The position numbers and the translations under genes are program-made. The notes under the pieces were generated by a model. The model was given only the letters and a program-made list of their open reading frames with translations, made no database searches and was not told the origin of the DNA. Source: Archangium sp. (lineage in GTDB: Bacteria; Myxococcota; Myxococcia; Myxococcales; Myxococcaceae). From it: 20,730 bases of DNA. The DNA is taken from NCBI GenBank assembly GCA_031367385.1, contig JANLPS010000276.1:1-20730 (forward strand). Direction: 5' to 3'. This document shows positions 1-8,068 of this stretch, piece by piece; within the stretch, counting starts at the first letter, position 1; each line of letters begins with the position of its first letter.

Positions 1-114
1 CCACTTGAGCATCGTGGTCGCGTAGGCCCACAACGCCTGCTCGACCTCTGGGGCCGCACTGACCCCCAGCTGACCCAGCCCGTCGTGCAGCATCGCCAAA
101 GGAGATTTGTCCAC
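1..114 (-). CDS. rsmG: 16S rRNA m7G527 methyltransferase RsmG (GidB), 5' part only; runs off the left edge
   Basis: Hand translation from GTG at 114 gives (M)DKSPLAMLHDGLGQLGVSAAPEVEQALWAYATTMLKW, which matches the RsmG N-terminus leading into the LxKWN motif. It lies directly downstream of mnmG, the conserved gidA-gidB order. Alternative start is ATG at 93. Confidence 0.8.
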   Translation of the reverse strand, partial: MDKSPLAMLHDGLGQLGVSAAPEVEQALWAYATTMLKW

Positions 115-115
115 A
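107..115 (+). promoter_or_regulatory. DnaA box-like 9-mer TTGTCCACA
   Basis: One mismatch to TTATCCACA; TTGTCCACA is a common high-GC variant. An identical copy is at 180-188. Confidence 0.6.
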
Positions 116-142
116 GTCTAGGCCTCGGTCAGGTGGGCTCAA
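115..142 (-). promoter_or_regulatory. Putative sigma70 promoter for rsmG (TTGAGC-N16-TAGACT)
   Basis: Minus strand reads TTGAGC (142-137), a 16-nt spacer, then TAGACT (120-115). Confidence 0.4.
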
Positions 143-179
143 GGCCCCGCAACAACTCAGTGAATGAGAATCCTCAGCG

Positions 180-200
180 TTGTCCACAGGGTTGTGCACA
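180..200 (+). promoter_or_regulatory. Tandem DnaA box-like pair TTGTCCACA-GGG-TTGTGCACA
   Basis: Two co-oriented 9-mers (180-188 and 192-200), 3 bp apart, in the mnmG-rsmG spacer. Confidence 0.6.
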
Positions 201-206
201 CGCGCG

Positions 207-222
207 TGTTCCACGTGCAACA
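207..222. promoter_or_regulatory. parS: parS centromere-like site TGTTCCACGTGCAACA
   Basis: 15/16 match to the palindrome TGTTCCACGTGGAACA (parS consensus TGTTNCACGTGAAACA). It is intergenic and next to gidAB, which usually precede parAB. Confidence 0.75.
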
Positions 223-229
223 GGTCGCT

Positions 230-2032
230 TCAGGGCTCCCCGCGCTTCAGATGCACGAGCAACAAGCCGACCGCCGCTGGAGTCACCCCGGGCAGTCGCC
301 TCGCCTGCCCGATCGTCACGGGCTGTGCCTTGGCCAGGCGCTCCCGAACCTCGGTCGATAGCCCCTGAACCCCCCCAAAGCCGAACCCGGGTGGAAACTT
401 CCACCCGTCGTGCTCGTCGCTTCGGCGCGCCCACTGGGCCTGGGCCATCGCAATGTACCCGGCGTACTTGGCCTCGATCTCGACCTCCTCGGTCACCTCA
501 GCCGGCAGCTCGGGCCGTGTCGAGTCACTCGCCGCCAGCGATGCGTACGTCACCTCGGGCCGCCGCAGGGTGGTCAACAGACGCACCCGCTCCAGCCGGG
601 CCAGCTCGCCCTGCACCGCCGCCCGTCGCGCTTCGGTGCTCGCCCATGCCTCGGCCGAGACCAGGCCCACCCGGTGCCCATGCCCCTGCAGCCGAAAAGC
701 GGCATTGCCCTCGCGCAGCGTCAGCCGGTGCTCCGAACGGCTGGTCAGCATTCGAAATGGCTCATCGACGCCTTTGCTCACCAGCTCGTCGAGCAGCACC
801 GCACCGTGGGCCTCATGGCGGCCAAGCACCAGCTCGGGCTCACCTTTGACCTGCAGACCGGCGTTGAGGCCCGCAATCAGCCCCTGAAAAGCGGCCTCTT
901 CATACCCAGAGGTGCCGTTGAGCTGCCCAGCGAAGTACAGCCCGCGCACCCGCTTCGTCTCGAGCGTCGGTCGCAGCTGGGTGGGCGGCGAAAAGTCGTA
1001 CTCCACCGCGTACCCCGGGCGAACGACCTCGACCGCCTCGAGGCCGGCGATGGTGCGCAAGAACGAGACCTGCACCTCGGCCGGTAGGCTCGTCGACAGC
1101 CCCGCGGGGTACACCAGGTCGGCGTTCGGGCCCTCTGGCTCGAGAAAAATCGTGTGCCGCGGCTTGTGGGCGAAGCGAACGACCTTGTCTTCGAGCGAGG
1201 GGCAGTACCGCGGCCCGCGACCGACGATTTCGCCGATGTACAATGGCGAGCAGTGCAGGTTGTCGCGCAGAATCTGATGCGTGTGGGCGTTGGTGTAGGT
1301 GACGGCGCAGTCAACCCGCGGCTGGAGCGGGAAGGGCGCCCGCGGCGTTCGCGACGAGAAAGGGCGGGGCAGGGCGTCACCCGGCTGCGGGTCCGTCCGG
1401 CTCCAGTCAATCGAGCTGCGGAGCAGTCGGGGCGGGGTGCCGGTCTTGAAGCGACCGAGCTCAAAACCCAGCGATTTCAATGATATCGACAACCCACTTG
1501 CCGCGGCGTCGCCCAACCGGCCACCGACCTCTTTGCGAGAGCCCTGGTGCATCAGCGCCTGCAGAAACGTACCGGTTGTGACCACCACCGCGTTCGCCGA
1601 AAAGGCCCGACCATCGGCGAGCCGAACGCCTCGCGCCACCCCGCCTTCGACGATCAGCTCTGCCACTTCACCTTCAGCCACCATCAACCCGGCCTGAGCT
1701 GCAATCGTCGCCTGCATCGAAGCCGCGTACAGCTCGCGGTCGCACAGCACGCGGGTGGCACGCACGGCCGGCCCCTTCGATGCGTTGAGGGTGATGAAGT
1801 GCGTACCGGTCAGGTCAGCCGCGCGGGCCATTTCGCCGCCCAGCGCATCGAGCTCGCGAACCAGGTGGCCCTTGGCAGTGCCGCCAATGGCCGGGTTGCA
1901 GCTCATCACCGCGATGCGGTCGCTGCGTAGGGTCAACCCGAGCGTCGACAGCCCCATGCGCGCGCAGGCCAACGCGGCCTCGCACCCGGCGTGGCCAAGC
2001 CCGACAACGATGACGTCAAACGCGGTCTGCAT
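230..2032 (-). CDS. mnmG: tRNA uridine-5-carboxymethylaminomethyl(34) synthesis enzyme MnmG (GidA)
   Basis: Motifs DVIVVGLGHAGCEAA, MSCNPAIGGTAKGHLVRELDALGG, RFKTGTPPRL, GPRYCPSLEDK and AGQLNGTSGYEEAA. Start placed at ATG 2032 (MQTAFDV). Confidence 0.98.
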   Translation of the reverse strand: MQTAFDVIVVGLGHAGCEAALACARMGLSTLGLTLRSDRIAVMSCNPAIGGTAKGHLVRELDALGGEMARAADLTGTHFITLNASKGPAVRATRVLCDRELYAASMQATIAAQAGLMVAEGEVAELIVEGGVARGVRLADGRAFSANAVVVTTGTFLQALMHQGSRKEVGGRLGDAAASGLSISLKSLGFELGRFKTGTPPRLLRSSIDWSRTDPQPGDALPRPFSSRTPRAPFPLQPRVDCAVTYTNAHTHQILRDNLHCSPLYIGEIVGRGPRYCPSLEDKVVRFAHKPRHTIFLEPEGPNADLVYPAGLSTSLPAEVQVSFLRTIAGLEAVEVVRPGYAVEYDFSPPTQLRPTLETKRVRGLYFAGQLNGTSGYEEAAFQGLIAGLNAGLQVKGEPELVLGRHEAHGAVLLDELVSKGVDEPFRMLTSRSEHRLTLREGNAAFRLQGHGHRVGLVSAEAWASTEARRAAVQGELARLERVRLLTTLRRPEVTYASLAASDSTRPELPAEVTEEVEIEAKYAGYIAMAQAQWARRSDEHDGWKFPPGFGFGGVQGLSTEVRERLAKAQPVTIGQARRLPGVTPAAVGLLLVHLKRGEP

Positions 2033-2067
2033 GGGTTGCAGCTGCTCATGGCAGAGAGCGCTGTGAA

Positions 2068-2096
2068 TTGACAAGTCGCCTCGCCTGACAGACCGT
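2068..2096 (+). promoter_or_regulatory. Putative sigma70 promoter TTGACA-N17-GACCGT, probably giving a leaderless mRNA
   Basis: Perfect -35 at 2068-2073, weak -10 at 2091-2096, ATG 7 nt further on at 2104, and no Shine-Dalgarno. Confidence 0.4.
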
Positions 2097-2103
2097 CTCG
2101 GGC

Positions 2104-2613
2104 ATGACCGCGCCCACCGGAGCCGACGATGCCTCCGCCCCCGAGCGCACCCCCTGGCAGCACGCGCAACAGCTGCTGACCGAGGGCAACACCCCGCTGC
2201 AGATCGCCCAGGCGCTCGCTCAAACCGGGCTCGATGCCGAGTCGGTTCGGGTGCTGATCAACGCGTTGCCAGGGGCCCGCATGCCCCAGGCCCTGCCCGA
2301 AGCGAACCTCGACCTGAGCGTCAACCCGCTCGCCCCCAGCCACTTCTCCCTCTTCGAGCTCGGCCTCCGCGGAGACCCCCGCACCATTGGCCTCTACTGG
2401 GTCGCCTTCGGAGCGGTGCTCGCGGCGCTCCTCGGTCTGTTGACCCTGGTGGGTGCCCTCAGTGAGGGCAGCGCCGTCACCGATGAAATCGATGAAAACT
2501 GGCAGTACGCCACCACCGTCGTCTTGCCTCGGCTGGGGCTGGCCCTCGCCCTTGCCGCCATCACCCGCGGTCTCTACCTGTGGCTCACCTCGGTCTCGAT
2601 TCGCCGAAAATAA
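2104..2613 (+). CDS. Hypothetical membrane protein (soluble N-terminal helical domain plus two TM helices)
   Basis: 169-aa ORF with GC-rich third positions and two hydrophobic segments (IGLYWVAFGAVLAALLGLLTLVGAL; VVLPRLGLALALAAITRGLYLWL). Confidence 0.75.
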   Translation: MTAPTGADDASAPERTPWQHAQQLLTEGNTPLQIAQALAQTGLDAESVRVLINALPGARMPQALPEANLDLSVNPLAPSHFSLFELGLRGDPRTIGLYWVAFGAVLAALLGLLTLVGALSEGSAVTDEIDENWQYATTVVLPRLGLALALAAITRGLYLWLTSVSIRRK

Positions 2614-2633
2614 GCACACATAGGAATACGAAA

Positions 2634-3137
2634 ATGCTCGACTCAGAGTTCACCGCGCTCAAGACCCGCGTGCACGCCATCGTTCGGCCTCAAGCTGCGC
2701 TGTTCACCTATTACCTCCTGACCTCCCTGGCGCTCCTCTGCGCCGCACCCCTGGCGCTGGTGCCACTGTATTTTCGCTACCACACCCTCTGGTATCGCTT
2801 CACCGACGAGGGCGTCTCGATGGGCTACGGCATTCTGTTTCGCAGAGAGCTGCAATTAACGTATGCGCGCATGCAAGACATTCACCTCTCGCAAAACCTG
2901 CTCGAGCGGTGGCTGGGCATCGGCACGCTGGTGGTGCAGACGGCTGGCTCGGGTGAGGGCGGCAACCTGCGCATCGTCGGCGTGCGCGACGTCGAGGCCA
3001 TTCGCGACTACCTGTACGCCCGCATGCGCGGCGTTCGCACCGAACCCACCCACGAACAACCGGCCGACCTGCTGCTCACCGAGATTCGCGACGCGCTCAC
3101 CGCCGCTGCGGCCTCGCTTGCAAAGAGGGCAGGGTGA
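2634..3137 (+). CDS. Membrane-anchored bacterial PH domain (bPH_2, YdbS-like) protein
   Basis: TM segment followed by YRFTDEGVSMGYGILFRRE...YARMQDIHLSQNLLERWLGIGTLVVQTAG, the typical bPH_2 pattern. TAGGA precedes ATG 2634. Confidence 0.85.
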   Translation: MLDSEFTALKTRVHAIVRPQAALFTYYLLTSLALLCAAPLALVPLYFRYHTLWYRFTDEGVSMGYGILFRRELQLTYARMQDIHLSQNLLERWLGIGTLVVQTAGSGEGGNLRIVGVRDVEAIRDYLYARMRGVRTEPTHEQPADLLLTEIRDALTAAAASLAKRAG

Positions 3138-3829
3138 TGGAGACGCTCCTGCGCTTTCTCAAGCCGGTGTTCATGCCCCTGCTCAAGCTCACCGAGTACC
3201 CGCCGCACCTGCCCGAAGGCAGCTCCCTGGTGCGTCAGCTCAAACCCTCTGATGCGTGGCTTTCGTTTCGCTATCTCACCGTGCTCTTCGGGCTGCTCAA
3301 CCAGGTCATCGGCGTCGGCGTGCTCGCGGTGCTCGCCATCACCGGCGTCGAGCGCTGGGGCATCGTCATCGCCATCGCGCTCGCCCTGGTGGAGCTCGCC
3401 ATCGTCGCCTTCTCGCTGGTCGTCACCCGGGTCGACTGGGAGATGCGCCACTACCTGGTGGGCGACCGCAGCCTCCGGGTCAGCCTCGGCGCCATCACCC
3501 GAAAAGAGGTCACCGTCAGCTACGCCAACGTGCAGAACCTCGAGGTCTCCCAGGGCCCGCTGGAGCGCATCTTCGGCTTCAAGACCCTGCGGCTCTCGAC
3601 CGCCGGCGCGGGGGGCTCAGAGCAGCCTGGCGAGAACCTGCACGTCATCGAGCTGCCCGGCCTCGAGAACGCCGACGCCATTCGCGAGCTGATGCTCGGC
3701 ATGCTCAAGCACGAGAAAGACGCCGGGTTGGGCGAGCCGCAAGGGCCCACTGGGCACGCCCTGTCACTCACCAGATTGACCGAAGTTCGCGACGCAGCCC
3801 GCGCGTTGGCCGCTGCAGCGGCGAGGTGA
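3137..3829 (+). CDS. Membrane-anchored bacterial PH domain (bPH_2) protein
   Basis: Two TM helices followed by YLVGDRSLRVSLGAITRKEVTVSYANVQNLEVSQGPLERIFGFKTLRLSTAG. TGATG overlap with the upstream gene. Confidence 0.85.
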   Translation: METLLRFLKPVFMPLLKLTEYPPHLPEGSSLVRQLKPSDAWLSFRYLTVLFGLLNQVIGVGVLAVLAITGVERWGIVIAIALALVELAIVAFSLVVTRVDWEMRHYLVGDRSLRVSLGAITRKEVTVSYANVQNLEVSQGPLERIFGFKTLRLSTAGAGGSEQPGENLHVIELPGLENADAIRELMLGMLKHEKDAGLGEPQGPTGHALSLTRLTEVRDAARALAAAAAR

Positions 3830-3837
3830 AGGCACCG

Positions 3838-4170
3838 CTACGCGCTTCGCTGTGAAAACACCCTGGCGAACTCGGTGATTCGCTGTTCGTCGCCGGGTGA
3901 CAAGTCGAGAAAGCGCACGCCCATGCCGTACCCGTTGCGGTCGGGCACGTTGGCGATCTGCGCCTCGCACCGAATCGAGCGCAGCTCCCCAGGCAGGGTG
4001 AATCGAACCTCGACCCGCTGCCCGACAGCCTTGGGTATCGAGCGATCGAAGAAGGCGCCGCCCCCAGAGAAGTCACGGGTCGAGAGCAGCGAAAAACCAC
4101 GTTCGTCTCGAACCTCGACCGCAATCGACGCCTCGACCCGATGGTGCTTTCGCCGCTCGAACGCGCTCAT
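3838..4170 (-). CDS. PilZ domain protein
   Basis: RxxxR (ERRKHHR), DxSxxG (DFSGGG) and a C-terminal GMGVRF. Confidence 0.9.
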   Translation of the reverse strand: MSAFERRKHHRVEASIAVEVRDERGFSLLSTRDFSGGGAFFDRSIPKAVGQRVEVRFTLPGELRSIRCEAQIANVPDRNGYGMGVRFLDLSPGDEQRITEFARVFSQRSA

Positions 4171-4595
4171 TTGAGAAACCGGTGAAGGCGGCGAACTTCG
4201 GTGCCGCCGGGGCTCAGAAATTTCACCCGCGCCCCACCAGCAGCGTCGAACGACCCCAGCACTTCGCCATCGAGCTCCAGCGGCTCGGTGATGTCGTCGG
4301 CCAGGTAGATGCGCAGCTTCACCCTGGCGCCCACCGCCGGCGTCGGCCCGGTTCGAATCGCCAAGCCAAAGGTCGACACGTCGTGCGTTTGCGAGACCAC
4401 CCGCAGCCCGCTCCCCGGCGCGCCATTCTCAAGCTCGAGGTTCAGCATCACCGCCACCCGAGGCGTCGCTCGCCGGTCTCTGCGTGAACGCCGCTCAGTC
4501 GCCGCCGCCTCGATGCCGTCAAAGAGGGTGCGAACCGAGTCGGGGTCTCGTCGGTCGGGCACCACAGGCAGCTTGGGAGTCAACAGCGGCAGCAT
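4167..4595 (-). CDS. PilZ domain protein
   Basis: RxxxR (DRRATPR) and DxSxxG (DVSTFG). ATGA overlap with the downstream PilZ gene. Start is ATG 4595 or GTG 4613. Confidence 0.8.
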   Translation of the reverse strand: MLPLLTPKLPVVPDRRDPDSVRTLFDGIEAAATERRSRRDRRATPRVAVMLNLELENGAPGSGLRVVSQTHDVSTFGLAIRTGPTPAVGARVKLRIYLADDITEPLELDGEVLGSFDAAGGARVKFLSPGGTEVRRLHRFLK

Positions 4596-4699
4596 CTTGG
4601 GTTCTCGGCCCACCTCATGGCCTGGTTGCAGGAGCCAGGCAACCCCCTGAATTCACAAAACTCACACCGAACGGGTTGCGAGGCCGAAGGGCAGGGGAA

Positions 4700-4717
4700 T
4701 AGTTAGGTTCCTTATGA
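4700..4717. promoter_or_regulatory. Candidate MarR operator 1 (TAGTTAGG-TT-CCTTATGA)
   Basis: Imperfect 18-bp palindrome over the putative -10 and the start codon of marR. Related to the site at 5227-5244. Confidence 0.5.
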
Positions 4718-5229
4718 CCTCCGACCGACCGCGGCCGACCTCACGCCTCGACCAGATCGAGAGTTACGCCCACCATTTCCCCGAGCTCGACCCGGAGGCG
4801 ATGCGCACCTACCTCACGCTGCGGCGCCTCGACGGCTTGCTCTCGTGGGGCCTCGACGTGCACCTCGCCCGCCACGACCTTTCTTTTGGCCGGTTCATCG
4901 TGCTGGTCAACTTGATTCGGGCCGAGGGCCACTCGGTCACCCCCGCGGCGCTCTCAGAGTCGTGCAGCGTCACTCGGGCCACCATTACCGGCCTGGTCGA
5001 CACCCTCGAGAAAGACGGCCACGTCGTGCGCGAGCCCGACCCCGATGACGGCCGCTCGTTCATGGTGCGCCTCACGCTGACCGGCCGACGGTTTCTCGAA
5101 AAGCTGTTGCCCGACCATTTTCGCCGCCTTACCAAGCTGATGAGCAGCCTCTCGCATGACGAGATGCGCGAGCTTCAGCGCCTCCTCGGCAAGGTCGCCG
5201 ACTGCATCTCCGCCTTCTCAGATATCTAA
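4714..5229 (+). CDS. MarR family transcriptional regulator
   Basis: Winged-HTH signature TPAALSESCSVTRATITGLVDTLEKDGHVVREPDPDDGRSFMVRLTLTG; first gene of an efflux operon. Confidence 0.95.
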   Translation: MTSDRPRPTSRLDQIESYAHHFPELDPEAMRTYLTLRRLDGLLSWGLDVHLARHDLSFGRFIVLVNLIRAEGHSVTPAALSESCSVTRATITGLVDTLEKDGHVVREPDPDDGRSFMVRLTLTGRRFLEKLLPDHFRRLTKLMSSLSHDEMRELQRLLGKVADCISAFSDI

Positions 5230-5244
5230 TTCGGCACCTAACAA
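5227..5244. promoter_or_regulatory. Candidate MarR operator 2 (TAATTCGG-CA-CCTAACAA)
   Basis: 13/16 match to the TAGTTAGG-N2-CCTAACTA palindrome; lies between the marR stop and the adaptor start. Confidence 0.45.
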
Positions 5245-5254
5245 AGACCCCCCT

Positions 5255-6472
5255 ATGGCCACCCAAGTCGCTGAACTCGTTCAGACTCCTGCCGTTCCCG
5301 TCGTTGCCAAACCCGCCAGCAAGGCCCGCTTCGTCTTCATCGGGCTGATCGTCGCCGTCGTCACTGCCGGGGCCATTTTCTACGTCCTCGGCATGGGCAA
5401 AGAGAAGACCGACGACGCGTTCATCGAAGGCCGGGTCATCGCCATCGCCTCGCGGGTCGCCGGCCAGGTCACCGCGGTGAAGGTCATCGACAACCAAGAA
5501 GTCAATGAAGGCGACGTGCTCGTCGAGCTCGACCCCGCTGATCTCGAGGCCCGCCGTGACGCCGCCGCGGCCGACCTGCTCTCGACCCAGGCCCAGCTCG
5601 CCAGCGCCCAGGCCCAATTGGGGTTCACCGAAAAGAACGCCGAGGCCTCGCTTACCCAGGCCCAGGGCGGGTTGGGCCAGGCCACCAGCAGCGTCGAGGC
5701 GTCGCGCGCGCAGCTCGAACAGGCGAAGGCTGATCTCCAGGCGGCCGAAGCGCGACTGACGTTGGCCAAGACCGAGCTCGAGCGCAGCAAGTCGCTCTTC
5801 TCGACCGGGTCGATCTCCAAAGCCGAGGTCGACAGCCGCACCTCGACGTTTGATCAAGCCCAAGCCGCGAGGGCTCAGGCGCAGTCTCGGCTGATCAGCA
5901 CCCAGGCCGTCATCGACGGCTCGGTCGGCGGCGTCACCCTCGCCAAGGGCCGTTTTCTCGCTGCGCAGACCGGGCCTCAACAGGTCGAGACCGCAAAGGC
6001 AGCCCTGGGGTTGGCCCAGGCCCGGGTCAAACAATCAGAGGCGGCGTTGCGCACGGCGACGTTGAACCTGTCGTACACCACCCTCCGCGCTCCCTCGAAG
6101 GGCGTCGTCTCGCGCCGAAACGTCGAGGCCGGCCAGCTCGTCGACCCCAGCCGCGCGCTGATGGCCATCGTGCCGCTCCACGACGTCTGGGTCGTCGCCA
6201 ACTTCAAAGAAGATCAACTCGAAGAGATGAAGCCGGGGGCCAAAGCCACCATCTCCATCGACGCCTTTCCTGCGGCGAAGTTGGGCGCGCATGTCGAATC
6301 GATCGCGGGCGGCACGGGCAGCCGTTTCGCGTTGCTGCCCCCTGACAACGCCTCTGGCAACTTCACCAAGGTCGTTCAGCGCGTGCCGGTGCTGCTGCGC
6401 TTCGACGCGGCTCCGTCGGTGGTGCTGCGCCCCGGCATGAGCGCCAACGTCGTCGTGCGCACGAAAGAATAG
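5255..6472 (+). CDS. HlyD/EmrA-family periplasmic adaptor subunit
   Basis: N-terminal TM, TDDAFIEG, lipoyl half-motif, coiled coil, VWVVANFKEDQL and GTGSRFALLPPDNASGNFTKVVQRVPV. Start at ATG 5255. Confidence 0.95.
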   Translation: MATQVAELVQTPAVPVVAKPASKARFVFIGLIVAVVTAGAIFYVLGMGKEKTDDAFIEGRVIAIASRVAGQVTAVKVIDNQEVNEGDVLVELDPADLEARRDAAAADLLSTQAQLASAQAQLGFTEKNAEASLTQAQGGLGQATSSVEASRAQLEQAKADLQAAEARLTLAKTELERSKSLFSTGSISKAEVDSRTSTFDQAQAARAQAQSRLISTQAVIDGSVGGVTLAKGRFLAAQTGPQQVETAKAALGLAQARVKQSEAALRTATLNLSYTTLRAPSKGVVSRRNVEAGQLVDPSRALMAIVPLHDVWVVANFKEDQLEEMKPGAKATISIDAFPAAKLGAHVESIAGGTGSRFALLPPDNASGNFTKVVQRVPVLLRFDAAPSVVLRPGMSANVVVRTKE

Positions 6473-6474
6473 CC

Positions 6475-8055
6475 ATGCGCCCAGCGACCGCCGTCAGCTC
6501 CGCAGGCAGACAAGGCAACCAGGGCGCCATCACCGGCTCGAAGGTCGGCATCACCATCGCCACCATGGCGGCGGCGTTGATGTCGGTGCTCGACATCAGC
6601 ATCGTCAACGTCGGCCTCTCTGACATTCGCGCCAGCTTCGGCACCCCGCTCGATCAAATCGCCTGGGTCTCGACCGGCTACGCGATGGCCAACATCACCA
6701 TCATCCCCATGTCGGGGTGGCTCCAGCGCCGCTTCGGCATTCGCCGTTACTTCACCCTCTCGATTCTGCTCTTCACCGCTTCGAGCGCCCTCTGCGGCCT
6801 CGCGTGGAACTTGCCCACCCTGGTCATCTTTCGAATCATTCAAGGCATCGGCGGCGGAGCGATCATCCCCACCGCGCAGGCCACGCTCTTCGCCCGCTAC
6901 CCTCCCAAAGAAGCGGGCATGGCTGGTGCGCTCTTCGGGCTTGGCGCGATCACCGGCCCGCTCCTCGGCCCCACCATCGGCGGAGTGCTCATCGAGCACG
7001 CCTCCTGGCACTGGATGTTTTACGTCAACATCCCCATCGGGCTGCTCGCCGCCTTTCTCGCGTGGTCGAACATCGAAGAGGTCGGCTTCGAGCCAGACCG
7101 CCGGCCCTTCGATACCGTCGGCGCCAGCCTGCTCGCGGTCGGCATGATCTCGCTACAGTACACCCTCGAAGAGGGCAACCGCGACGGCTGGCTCGACAGC
7201 CCACTGATCGCTGTCTTGGCCGCGGTGTCGATTGTCTCGTTGATCACCTTCGTGGTGCACGTGCTCGAGCACCCCAGCCCCATCGTCGACCTGCGGGTCT
7301 TCAAGAGCGTCAGCTACACCGCGGCGACCATGCTCAACGCACTGATCGGTCTGGTGCTCTTCGGTGGCAGCTTTCTCTACTCGCTCTATTGCGGCACGAT
7401 CATGCGGTACGCGGCCATCGACATCGGCAACATCTTCCTGCGCGGGAGCTGGATCCAACTCTTCTTGCTCCCCATCGTGGGCCGCAACATCGGCAAGGTC
7501 GACAGTCGCTATTTGATCTTCTTCGGCCTCTCGATGGTCACCATCTCCACCGTGCTCAACGCCAACCTCACCTCGCAGGCGAGCACCGCGGTGATGACCT
7601 GGCCCATCTTCATTCGCGCCGTCGGTTTGAGCTTCTGCTTCGTGCCACTCTCCATCGCCGCCCTCTCGGGAGTCAGCCCCAACCAGCGCGGCAACGCCGC
7701 CGGCCTCTTCAACGCCACCCGCGAGCTCGGAGGCAGCATCGGCCTCGCGTGGATGAGCACGCGCCTCGCCTCGAACGCCAAAATGCACCTGACCTACCTC
7801 GCCGAGCACGTGAACGCCTTCAACCCGGTTGCGCAAGATCAGCTCCTGGCGATGCGAGGGGCGATCGGCTCGCGCGCCGGTGACCCCAGCGCGGCTGCGT
7901 ACGGCATCATGAACGGGCGGCTCAACGCCCAAGCGCTCTCGCTCTCCTTCAGCGACGGGTTTTCAACGCTCGCGCTGATGTTCGCCTTCTCGCTCATCGT
8001 CGTTTTCTTTCTCGCGAAGCCCGATCGAAAGATCGACGCCTCCGCGGTGCACTGA
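6475..8055 (+). CDS. DHA2-family MFS efflux permease (EmrB/QacA-like)
   Basis: Motifs LDISIVNV, WVSTGYAMA, RIIQGIGGG, GPLLGPTIGG and WHWMFYVNIPIG, with many hydrophobic segments. Confidence 0.95.
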   Translation: MRPATAVSSAGRQGNQGAITGSKVGITIATMAAALMSVLDISIVNVGLSDIRASFGTPLDQIAWVSTGYAMANITIIPMSGWLQRRFGIRRYFTLSILLFTASSALCGLAWNLPTLVIFRIIQGIGGGAIIPTAQATLFARYPPKEAGMAGALFGLGAITGPLLGPTIGGVLIEHASWHWMFYVNIPIGLLAAFLAWSNIEEVGFEPDRRPFDTVGASLLAVGMISLQYTLEEGNRDGWLDSPLIAVLAAVSIVSLITFVVHVLEHPSPIVDLRVFKSVSYTAATMLNALIGLVLFGGSFLYSLYCGTIMRYAAIDIGNIFLRGSWIQLFLLPIVGRNIGKVDSRYLIFFGLSMVTISTVLNANLTSQASTAVMTWPIFIRAVGLSFCFVPLSIAALSGVSPNQRGNAAGLFNATRELGGSIGLAWMSTRLASNAKMHLTYLAEHVNAFNPVAQDQLLAMRGAIGSRAGDPSAAAYGIMNGRLNAQALSLSFSDGFSTLALMFAFSLIVVFFLAKPDRKIDASAVH

Positions 8056-8068
8056 TCAGGGTTTGCCC

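Noticed and set aside
107..222. Calling this spacer oriC
   Set aside because: Only three boxes, no clear AT-rich unwinding element or DnaA-trio repeat, and no dnaA/dnaN in view.
85..1930. Several long + strand ORFs antisense to mnmG (e.g. 85-849, 410-1087)
   Set aside because: Shadow ORFs typical of high-GC DNA: Arg/Pro/Ala-rich, no motifs, and overlapping a confident gene.
4626..4642. sigma54-like TTGCCTGGCTCCTGCA upstream of the PilZ pair
   Set aside because: Lacks the invariant -24 GG.
5129..7932. Long alternative-frame and antisense ORFs across the efflux adaptor and permease genes (301, 388, 259 aa)
   Set aside because: Explained by GC3 bias in the real genes; no recognisable domains.
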